From an uncultured bacterium (lineage in GTDB: Bacteria; Lernaellota; Lernaellaia; Lernaellales; Lernaellaceae), in the NCBI GenBank assembly GCA_964534375.1, contig CAZHPN010000012.1, positions 1 through 56,284 of the forward strand: a stretch of 56,284 nucleotides of DNA, read 5' to 3'. The notes beneath the pieces were generated by a model. That model saw nothing but the letters and a program-made list of their open reading frames with translations. It was not told where the DNA came from and made no database searches. Positions 48,837-56,284 of this stretch are shown one piece after another. Every line of letters starts with the position of its first letter. Positions within the stretch are counted from its first letter, which is position 1. The translations under genes were made by a program, and so were the position numbers.

Positions 48837-50615
48837 CTACTTCGCCCACCGCGCGTACCAATACGCCCAGCGCCAATCGACGGCCGGCAGCAAGCGCGAG
48901 CCGTCGCCGCCGCCGTTCGGGTCGAAGGGGTTCGTCCGCCAGTGGTAGTTGCTCGGCGGCCGATCGCGTTGGGGAAACGGCTGCAGCGTGATCAACTCGT
49001 TGTCGCGCCCGACGTAGCCGAGAACGGTCACCCATGTGCCGTCCATCAGCTCGCACGCTTTGTTCTGAATCGCCTGGGGGCTGCAGTTCGTGACGGGCAC
49101 TTCCCAATACGGCGCGTCTGGAAACTCCTTGAGCGTCTCGACGCCGCGCTGCATCGCGTCTTCGTCCGGCGCATGCTTCGCCGGGTGGTAGGCCGACATG
49201 TCCGCCACGCCCGCGGCGTAGGCGAAATCGAAAAGACTGTACGAGAACTGCTTGGGCATGCGCGTTGCGTCGGGCGGATAATCGTACAGTTTGTACGCCA
49301 GCGTATGCCGCAGCTTCGCGATCGTCTCCTCGTCGTCGATGTAACGCTGCGCCAGCAACATGCCCTGAAACGCCATGTTGATGTCGCCGTAGTTCGTCTC
49401 CCACCACAGGTTGATGCCGATGATATTGTGGTAGGTGATGTCCTGGAACCGCCGCGGCCCGAGCAGCGTCTGGTAGAGATAGTCGACCACTTCCGGGTCT
49501 TCCGACGCGTACGCCAGCGCCGAGATAATGCCGAGCGACATCAGCGTGTAGCCGCCGTCCTTGATGCCCAGCCAGGGCAGATAGATGGTGTCCCACGCGT
49601 TCTCGTTGAGCAAGCCGTTGATCGTCGTCCGCCCGTCGGCGTCGCCGATTTCCAGATCGTAGCCGTCGGGTTTCACGGTCATCAAATTATGGGCGACGTC
49701 GCTGGCGTATTGCTGATGCAGCGCCTTCAGTTCGGGGTCGAAGGTCGGGTCGTCCTTGATCGCTTCCCAGACGCCGCCGAAGGCCGCCGCCCAGCCGAGC
49801 AGCATGTCGCGGCTGCACCCGTCGGTCCAGATGTAATTGGGATATTTGTGATCGGGCGAATTGTCCGCGCGCCACGTGCCGTTGGTTTTCACGGGCGGCA
49901 GCGGGTTGTCCTGATCGTCGAACAGCGGCGTGACGGGCGTCGTGGCGCCGGCGCCGGGGATGTCCTTGCGCAGGTAGCCGCGGGCGATCACGCCCTTCAC
50001 ACCCGTGATTTCGACGGCGATCCGCAGGCCTTCCATGCCCCGCAGCACGAACTGCCGCGCCCGATCGACGTCCTCCTGCGGATACCCCTGGTCGCGCATG
50101 ACGCCGTAACGGAAGGCGTCGGCCGCGATGCCGGAGCCGGCGTAAAGGCCCGCCGTCGCCTGATTGTCGGAAATGATCTCTTCGGGATCTTTGCCCGACC
50201 AAGCCTGGAAATCCCAGCTATCGGTGGTCTGCAAGAAATCCTGCACCAACCGCCGGTTGGCCGGAGCGTCGAGCGGCACGACCACATCGGCGTTGATCAG
50301 CAGGCCGTAGGCGTTGAAATTTTGGAAGCCGCGATCGTACCGCGTCGCTTTCGCCTCGAGCGCGGCGTCGTAGCCAGGCTCGTCCGGGCCGGGCAGCAGA
50401 TGCCGCGTGGGCGACGCGTCGTCGTCATCGTCGGCCGGCGACGCATCGTCGTCGGAGGGCGACTGATCGTCGTTGTCGTCGTCGTCATCGTCGGCGGGCG
50501 ACGCTTCATCGTCGGCCGAAGCGGTCTTGGAGTTGCTCGAGGCGCCGCCGCAACCGAGCCAGCCTGCCGCGGCGACCAGAACGAGCAACAAAACCAGGAA
50601 GATGTTTCGTGGCAT
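48837..50615 (-). CDS. Lipoprotein with Asp-rich linker and large helical domain of unknown function
   Basis: Lipobox WLGC; DDEASPADDDDDDNDDQSPSDDDASPADDDDDASP linker; GAGGG RBS. Confidence 0.8.
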   Translation of the reverse strand: MPRNIFLVLLLVLVAAAGWLGCGGASSNSKTASADDEASPADDDDDDNDDQSPSDDDASPADDDDDASPTRHLLPGPDEPGYDAALEAKATRYDRGFQNFNAYGLLINADVVVPLDAPANRRLVQDFLQTTDSWDFQAWSGKDPEEIISDNQATAGLYAGSGIAADAFRYGVMRDQGYPQEDVDRARQFVLRGMEGLRIAVEITGVKGVIARGYLRKDIPGAGATTPVTPLFDDQDNPLPPVKTNGTWRADNSPDHKYPNYIWTDGCSRDMLLGWAAAFGGVWEAIKDDPTFDPELKALHQQYASDVAHNLMTVKPDGYDLEIGDADGRTTINGLLNENAWDTIYLPWLGIKDGGYTLMSLGIISALAYASEDPEVVDYLYQTLLGPRRFQDITYHNIIGINLWWETNYGDINMAFQGMLLAQRYIDDEETIAKLRHTLAYKLYDYPPDATRMPKQFSYSLFDFAYAAGVADMSAYHPAKHAPDEDAMQRGVETLKEFPDAPYWEVPVTNCSPQAIQNKACELMDGTWVTVLGYVGRDNELITLQPFPQRDRPPSNYHWRTNPFDPNGGGDGSRLLPAVDWRWAYWYARWAK

Positions 50616-50847
50616 GGAACCCACCCTCGGCGACATTGGCGAAGAAATCCTACCGCGCTGCGTACGCCCACGCAAGTTGCGGGCGATTCAACCGCGAGGC
50701 CGGCCCGGGCTTCTGCGCGCCGTCCTCTGATGATGAGAGTTTTTTTGACAGATCAACAGGGCGCTTTTGACGCGGTTGCCGCCTTGCGCGCCATTGTCGC
50801 GAGCGATTGGGCGGGCCTATTATTCACTGTTCACTGTTCACCGCTGG

Positions 50848-51381
50848 TTACTGTTGCGGCCGTGGTTTGGGCGGCGGGCCGCCCGGGCGCCGGGCGCGGA
50901 TATCTTCGAGAATCCGATAGATTTCCCCGTGATATTTCCGCTCGAAGATCATGAACTTGGCGTACTGCAGGGGCGTCAGTTGCTTCTTCAGTTCGTCGTA
51001 TTGCTCTTCGCGCAACGAGATCGTCTCGCGGTCCATCGAGAGGACCATCGCGGTCAGCTCGGCCAGTTTCTTCGTGTCGGGCTTGGGGGCCTGAATTTCC
51101 TGATCGATCGCCAAATAGGTTTGTTCTTTTCGCTCGATGATGTCGCGGAACTGGCTGTCATATTTTTGCACGATCGGAATCAACCGCGACGACTGCTCGG
51201 AGGTCAAGTCGAGCTTCTCGACCAGCAGGTAGACCCGCACCATTTCCAGGCGCTCCAACGCCGCGGCGCGATTTTGGCGCGCCGCATCGGCGGCCTGGTC
51301 GTCGCCTTGTTGCGCCGCCGCCGGCAACGAGGCCGCGGCCAGGAAAAAGAGCATCAACATCGGCAGGAATACGCGCCGCAT
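50848..51381 (-). CDS. Periplasmic Spy/CpxP-like helical protein
   Basis: GAGGAGG RBS; signal peptide; L.LT.EQ and LTP.Q motifs. Confidence 0.75.
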   Translation of the reverse strand: MRRVFLPMLMLFFLAAASLPAAAQQGDDQAADAARQNRAAALERLEMVRVYLLVEKLDLTSEQSSRLIPIVQKYDSQFRDIIERKEQTYLAIDQEIQAPKPDTKKLAELTAMVLSMDRETISLREEQYDELKKQLTPLQYAKFMIFERKYHGEIYRILEDIRARRPGGPPPKPRPQQ

Positions 51382-51395
51382 ACGCAACGGCCTCC

Positions 51396-52088
51396 TCACA
51401 GCGTCCAGTTTTGCGCCTCTTTCGACAGTGTGTTGGTGACCTCGGCGAGTTCCTCGTCGTTGAGATCGGCCACCGCCGGCGCGTAAATGACGTGGCTCGT
51501 CGGGCGCTCGCCCGGCAGCGCCACAACACGCGAATTGACGAATTGGCCCATGATCACTTTCGCGATCTGGATTTGCAAATCCTGCACTTCCTCTTTCTTC
51601 AGCGAAAAAACTTCCTGCGTGACCGTCGGGTCGACCCGCGCCAGCGATGTGCGCGCCAGCGCCACGTGCAGTCCGCCCGCCGCCGGCGACAATTTCGCCA
51701 GCATCCGCTGAGGCGAATGCCGAAACGCCAACGTGCCGGTCGCGGTCAGCGCGCCGACAACGACCAGCGCCGCCGCGGCTACCCCGGCCAGGGCGCGCAT
51801 CCAGACCCGCGGCGTCAACAGCTCTTCCCACCACCGCCGCAGCCAGAAGCCGCGACCATTCGCCTCTTCCAGCGGTTGACGCAGCCGCGCGTAGAACGAA
51901 CCGAAATAGCCCTCGCCCGGGTCTTCGACCGGGTGGGCCACGGCCGCGAGGGCCTGGCGAATTTCATGCACTTCCTTGGCGCAGTCGGCGCAGCCGCCCA
52001 CGTGCTTTTCGATTTCCTCGTCGACCGCGGGGGGCAACTCGCCCTCCAACCAGTCGATGAGTTGTTCCGTGGTTTTGTCGCACGTCAT
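51396..52088 (-). CDS. Zinc-finger (zf-HC2/ZAS) transmembrane anti-sigma factor
   Basis: MTC...L.DW.EGEL...HVGGCADC (HxxxCxxC); one TM; ATGA overlap with the sigma gene. Confidence 0.85.
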   Translation of the reverse strand: MTCDKTTEQLIDWLEGELPPAVDEEIEKHVGGCADCAKEVHEIRQALAAVAHPVEDPGEGYFGSFYARLRQPLEEANGRGFWLRRWWEELLTPRVWMRALAGVAAAALVVVGALTATGTLAFRHSPQRMLAKLSPAAGGLHVALARTSLARVDPTVTQEVFSLKKEEVQDLQIQIAKVIMGQFVNSRVVALPGERPTSHVIYAPAVADLNDEELAEVTNTLSKEAQNWTL

Positions 52089-52636
52089 GCCCGACTCTCC
52101 CCGTAATCGGCCAGCAGCGCCTTCAACGCCTTGACCGCGTAATGGTAATTCACCTTTGCCGCCGAAATCGAAATGCCGATCGACCGCGCGATCTCGGCGA
52201 AACTCATGTCGCCGAACGCGCGCATCTGCAGCACCTCGCGCTGCCGCGGCGGTAACTTCTCCACGGCCGTCCGGACAATTTGCCGGCGTTCGTGGGTGTT
52301 GATGTCATCCTCGACCGCGCTGAAGGCGACCGCCGAGCGCTCCGTGACCTCTTCGCCCTCGCGCCGGCCGCGGTCGCGGACCAGGTTCTTCGAAAAATTC
52401 ATCGCGATGCGAAAAATCCAGGTCTTCAAACTCGATCGCCCTTCGAACGTCGCCAGATTCTTGTAAACCGAGAGGAAAGTCTTTTGGGCCACCTCATCGG
52501 CGTCGTGGTGGTTCCCCACCATCTTGAGCGCCAGGAAATACGCCATGCGTTGGTATTTCTTGACGAGCACCTCGAAGGCAAATTCGTCGCCGTGCTTCAC
52601 AAACCGCTCAATCAGAATTTTGTCGTCGTCGTTCAC
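52085..52636 (-). CDS. ECF RNA polymerase sigma factor
   Basis: GD..AF..LV.KY, DADEVAQKTF, F.GRSSLKTWIFRIA.N, LPPRQREV, MSFAEIA; start GTG 52636 or TTG 52672. Confidence 0.92.
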   Translation of the reverse strand: MNDDDKILIERFVKHGDEFAFEVLVKKYQRMAYFLALKMVGNHHDADEVAQKTFLSVYKNLATFEGRSSLKTWIFRIAMNFSKNLVRDRGRREGEEVTERSAVAFSAVEDDINTHERRQIVRTAVEKLPPRQREVLQMRAFGDMSFAEIARSIGISISAAKVNYHYAVKALKALLADYGESRA

Positions 52637-52673
52637 TGGCGGCTCGCCGTTGTTTTTCTCGCCTTCGAACAAC

Positions 52674-52701
52674 TGGACACGCGACCGGCCGGCTTAGTTC
52701 A
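52674..52701 (-). promoter_or_regulatory. Putative ECF-type autoregulatory promoter
   Basis: Minus strand TGAACT, 16-nt spacer, TGTCCA directly upstream of the ECF gene; fits the generic AAC/GTC ECF pattern. Confidence 0.5.
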
Positions 52702-52789
52702 ACGCCACGCGGCTCATTTCACGCAAGGGGTCATAAGAATTGAGGAATTTTGCCGGCGATTCGCGGTTATTCAGGAAATTTTCCGCCGC

Positions 52790-53560
52790 TCACTCGTGGC
52801 CGGCGAACGCCGCCAGCGGCGTCAGGCCCCCGGTCAGGATGCCGGAATGCGCCAGGACGAACACTTTCACGTCGGCGTTCTCGCCGGCGAGCTCCTGCCG
52901 CAGATGCGCGAGCGAGGCGCGATCTTGCGACTGGCTCTCGCTAAACGCCCAGGACGAGCCGACGAGCCGGCCGTCTTTCGTCGCGTTGGCCGCATCGCCG
53001 AGGAACAAAACGCCGTTGACGAGATAGGCGGCGCTGCCGGCGGTGTGGCCGGGAATCGCGAAGACGCGGATCGCGGCCTTGCCGACGGTCACCGTTTCGC
53101 CGTCGTGGAGTGCGCGGGTCACTTTGACGCCCGTCGGTTTGGTCGGCACGAAGCGCGTGATCGGCCCTTTGCTGCCGACGCGGCCCTCGGCGAGCGCTAC
53201 GTCCGGCTCCAGGGCCATCACTTGCGCCTTCGTGCACATGGGCGCGGCGGCGGTGTGATCGTGGTGGCCGTGCGTCAACAGGATCGCCTTGACCGCGTCG
53301 ATTCCCAGATGGCGGCGCGCCAGTTCGGCGAGCAGCGCCTTGCCCGTGGCGTCGTTGCCGGCGTCGATCAGCGCCACCCCGCCCTCGCCGTCGTCGATGA
53401 CGCCGAAGCTGACAAAGCCGTCTTTGACGACGCGCACGCCGTTTTGTTCATAGCCGTCCTTGATGTCCGCCAGACCCGCAAAGGTGACGGCGAAAATGGT
53501 CCCGACGCCGATCGCCAGCACGCCAACCAGGATTCCGACGACGATCAACGCAATTTTCAT
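52790..53560 (-). CDS. Membrane-anchored MBL-fold metallo-hydrolase
   Basis: N-terminal TM; LIDAG, THGHHDH, IPGHT, LGD and LAH motifs; GGAGG RBS. Confidence 0.88.
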   Translation of the reverse strand: MKIALIVVGILVGVLAIGVGTIFAVTFAGLADIKDGYEQNGVRVVKDGFVSFGVIDDGEGGVALIDAGNDATGKALLAELARRHLGIDAVKAILLTHGHHDHTAAAPMCTKAQVMALEPDVALAEGRVGSKGPITRFVPTKPTGVKVTRALHDGETVTVGKAAIRVFAIPGHTAGSAAYLVNGVLFLGDAANATKDGRLVGSSWAFSESQSQDRASLAHLRQELAGENADVKVFVLAHSGILTGGLTPLAAFAGHE

Positions 53561-53608
53561 GGGAAACGCCTCCGTGAGCGAAGTTGGAAAGCCGCTGCGC
53601 GGCGGAAG

Positions 53609-53674
53609 GACCTCTCCCCGGCCAATCACGCTAACCGCGTGATCGGCCTGCCCCTCCCCGACGCAGGGAGGGGC
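53609..53674 (+). repeat. Left palindromic repeat flanking the DUF559 gene
   Basis: GACCTCTCCCC-hairpin-GCCCCTCCCCGACGCAGGGAGGGGC; last 25 nt are the exact reverse complement of 54269-54293. Confidence 0.85.
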
Positions 53675-53792
53675 CGTATGCATTGTTCGGCAGATGCCGC
53701 CCAATGCTGGATCCAAGCCCCCCGCAATCCTTTCTCGCTCCGCGCGGTCGCGTTCATGTCGGCGGACACGGCCGCGCTCGGCGGCTAACGCA

Positions 53793-54176
53793 CTATATGT
53801 CACCGCGCGCGGAGACCATTCGAATTCGGGCGATAACGGCGGTCAAGTCGGACGCAATTTCGTCATTTCGAATCCGCAGGATTTGCAGACCTCGCGCAGA
53901 TAGAAATTTTTCCCGCTCGACGTCCCGGCCGCGTTGCCATTCGTGAATCGGTCCGTCCGCTTCGACGACCAAGTTCGCCCGCGCGCAATAAAAATTGACG
54001 ATGAAATGGTCAATGATTTGTTGTCGGCGAAAAATCAGGCCGTTGATTTGGCGGCGACGCAACATTTGCCAAAGCGCATCTTCCTCGCGCGTCATTCTCC
54101 TGCGTAACTGACGAGCCCGTGCAATTTTTTTTTCGTCGACTTTTTGACCGGCGACAATGCACTTTGGCATGCTCAT
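53793..54176 (-). CDS. DUF559 / Vsr-like endonuclease domain protein
   Basis: AR.LRR.MT..E..LW..LR, FRRQ..I..FIVNFYC, LVVEADG..H, RD..R...L...G..ILR..N motifs; lower GC than neighbours. Confidence 0.9.
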   Translation of the reverse strand: MSMPKCIVAGQKVDEKKIARARQLRRRMTREEDALWQMLRRRQINGLIFRRQQIIDHFIVNFYCARANLVVEADGPIHEWQRGRDVEREKFLSARGLQILRIRNDEIASDLTAVIARIRMVSARGDI

Positions 54177-54268
54177 GATTGACCCCATTTTCTCGCGGCA
54201 GGCCATCGAATGACAAGCCCCGGGTTCTTTTGCTGACTCGGGTCCGCCTGGCAATACGGCGCTCGGCC

Positions 54269-54326
54269 GCCCCTCCCTGCGTCGGGGAGGGGCGCGGCCA
54301 CGCTGGGCGTGGCCGGGGGAGAGGTC
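54269..54326 (-). repeat. Right palindromic repeat flanking the DUF559 gene (inverted)
   Basis: GCCCCTCCCTGCGTCGGGGAGGGGC-hairpin-GGGGGAGAGGTC; inverted copy of 53609-53674. Confidence 0.85.
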
Positions 54327-54453
54327 TGCGCGATCAAAAACGAGTGCAAATCGGCCCTTTTCGCGGCGTTGCAGGTCTTATTCCGCTGCTTATGCGGCGA
54401 GGTCCGCCCGAAAAGAATCGGGCCGAACATCATCATTCGCCGCTGTCCGGCTT

Positions 54454-55929
54454 TCACGCAACCACTACCCGGCCCTCTTGCAGCACCCAGAGCGGCCGGT
54501 GCAGATGCCGCGCCGATTCCAGCGGATTGCGCTCGTATACTGCGAGGTCCGCGGTCTTGCCGGCCTCGATCGAACCCAGCGCGCCCTCGAGGCCGAGCAC
54601 GCGGGCGTTGTCGATCGTCGCCATGCGCAGCACGTCGGCCGGCGCAAAACCGGCCTCTTCGAGCACCGTCATTTCCAGGTGCATCGCGCCCGGAAAAATC
54701 AGCGGCACGCCGCCGTCGTTGCCGCAGCCCATCGGCACGCCGGCCCTGTACATCGCGACCGCGTTGTCGCCGCCGTTGGTCGCCGCGGCCGTGAACACGG
54801 TCGGCAGCGGCCACGGGATCAAATGCTTTCTGCGATAGGACGACGGATCGGACAATTCGTGAAAATAGGCCAACGTGCCCTCGACCAGATCGGGTTCGGC
54901 GAATTCGCGCACCAGCGCCGGCAACACGGTTTGCCGCCGCTCGACCAGACGCGGCAGCATGCCGCGGCCCCAGTTCGGGTCGCCGTCCATATGGTATGCG
55001 AGTGAAAAGGCGACCGACGCGGTGGGGATGAAATACGAGCCGCGCCGCTTCGCCGCCGCAATTTCCTCGTCGGTCAGCCGGCGGTCGCTGACCATGTGCT
55101 CCATCGTCGCCACGCCGCCGTCGAGGCCCTTGTGGAAACCGGCCGCGCCGGTGTGGTGCAGCGCGACCGGCCGGCCGCATTTCGCCGCCTCGTCGCACAC
55201 GGCGGCGATCGTCGGCAAATCCATCAGGGGCAGCGCGGCGCCGGGCAGCCGCAACTCGATCGCCTGCTGAAAGAGCTTGATGAAATCGACCCCGGCGTCG
55301 GCGGCGCGGCGCACGGCGGCGCGGCCCTCGGCCGGCGTGTTCACGGTTTGCAGGAACCGCTGCTTGGACAGGATCGTCATCCGTTGCGCGTAGCCGTGCG
55401 CGACATCGAGCGCACAGCACCAGCGAATGCGCGGGCCGATCACCTCGCCGCGGGAAATCTTCGCGAGCAGCGCCGGCAGCGCATTGTCGATCGCCAGCAT
55501 GTCGCGCACGGTCGTCACGCCGTGCTTGACGCACTCCTCGGCATTGCGTTCGATCTGGCGCTCATACGCGAACAGCAGGTCCGGCGACTGGGCGAACGCG
55601 CCGGGCAGCGACATGTGGCAGTGCGCGTTGATCAGGCCCGGAATCACATACCCGCCGCGCAGATCGAGCGTGCAGCACGACGGCAGCGGACGGCCGCCTT
55701 GCGGGTGAAACAGCTCGGCGATTTTCCCGTCGCGCAACAGCGCCGCCCGCTCGGGGCGCAGCGCGCCGCGAGCGACGTCGATCAGGTTCGCGTCGGTCAA
55801 GAGCAGGGGCTCGGCGCGCGGCGCCAGGCCCTCGCGCGGCGCATAGCGCGAGGTGAGATGCATGCACGCCGGCAGCGCGCAACCGGCGGCCGCCGCGGCG
55901 CTCAACTTCAGGAACTGGCGACGATTCAT
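54454..55929 (-). CDS. Tat-exported amidohydrolase family protein
   Basis: NRRQFLK twin-arginine signal with LPAC lipobox; PGLINAHCH, GVTTVRD, IKL, ALH, EH, GND, GSIEAGKTADL motifs. Confidence 0.9.
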   Translation of the reverse strand: MNRRQFLKLSAAAAAGCALPACMHLTSRYAPREGLAPRAEPLLLTDANLIDVARGALRPERAALLRDGKIAELFHPQGGRPLPSCCTLDLRGGYVIPGLINAHCHMSLPGAFAQSPDLLFAYERQIERNAEECVKHGVTTVRDMLAIDNALPALLAKISRGEVIGPRIRWCCALDVAHGYAQRMTILSKQRFLQTVNTPAEGRAAVRRAADAGVDFIKLFQQAIELRLPGAALPLMDLPTIAAVCDEAAKCGRPVALHHTGAAGFHKGLDGGVATMEHMVSDRRLTDEEIAAAKRRGSYFIPTASVAFSLAYHMDGDPNWGRGMLPRLVERRQTVLPALVREFAEPDLVEGTLAYFHELSDPSSYRRKHLIPWPLPTVFTAAATNGGDNAVAMYRAGVPMGCGNDGGVPLIFPGAMHLEMTVLEEAGFAPADVLRMATIDNARVLGLEGALGSIEAGKTADLAVYERNPLESARHLHRPLWVLQEGRVVVA

Positions 55930-56079
55930 GCTCTTTGCTCAGAAAATGCGGATCACTTCGAAATCGGCGCAGTATGCAATGCGGCGCCGCGGTCGGCAAG
56001 CGGCGAATGCCGGCCGGTCGCGGCGGCGGCCCCCGGTCGCGCAATTTCGCGAGTCGGCGGAAGATGCGTTGGCCAGCGA

Positions 56080-56242
56080 AAATGTAGAATGTTGAATGGC
56101 GAATGGCGATTTTCGGGCGGCGTCGGCAATTCTGCATTCGCCATTCACCATTCTCCATTCTCCATTGTGCGGGTGTTGAGTTCGCAAAAACCCGATCAAT
56201 GCGGGAAAATCGACAGTCTCTATAGGTCGTATAGAGACTGTC
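56080..56242. repeat. Dispersed repeat copy B: inverted heptamer tracts plus a perfect 13-bp hairpin
   Basis: (GAATGGC)n ... (GCCATTC)n, then GACAGTCTCTATA-ggtcg-TATAGAGACTGTC at 56212-56242. Confidence 0.75.
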
Positions 56243-56284
56243 TATAAAGTGAATTTTATCGTCGTGACGGCGATTCAGCCGACC

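Noticed and set aside
44191..50954. Long + strand ORFs (460, 901 and 670 aa)
   Set aside because: Antisense to the Ig lipoprotein, FadL and Asp-rich lipoprotein genes; no motifs or RBS seen.

Overview
GC-rich bacterial chromosomal window with about 41 protein-coding genes. I recognised no rRNA, tRNA, CRISPR array or transposase. The gene style (Asp-rich lipoproteins, a receiver/DUF4388-like/TPR protein, membrane-fused spermidine-synthase-like proteins) suggests a deltaproteobacterial or Myxococcota-like lineage; this is inference only. Housekeeping content: thrABC, serC, proBA, RNase G, mutM. Signalling: a PAS/GAF histidine kinase, two receiver proteins, and an ECF sigma/anti-sigma/Spy-like triad. 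Envelope loci: a methyltransferase-like membrane protein + GT-C protein + alpha/alpha-barrel operon, a FadL + Ig-domain lipoprotein pair resembling AupAB, and tandem DUF3887-like paralogs. There is also a hicBA toxin-antitoxin pair. The most notable observation is a full-length MetK (SAM synthetase) homolog that has lost its triphosphate-binding and catalytic residues but keeps the Met/adenosyl-binding ones. It is translationally coupled to a methionine-gamma-lyase-like enzyme, making it a candidate SAM/Met-sensing pseudoenzyme module. Also notable: a DUF559 nuclease gene enclosed by inverted palindromic repeats, a REP-like triplet, a repeat shared by both ends of the window, and many 7-9 bp tandem tracts, one translated inside a lipoprotein signal peptide. 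All family assignments come from motif recognition by eye, not from database searches.
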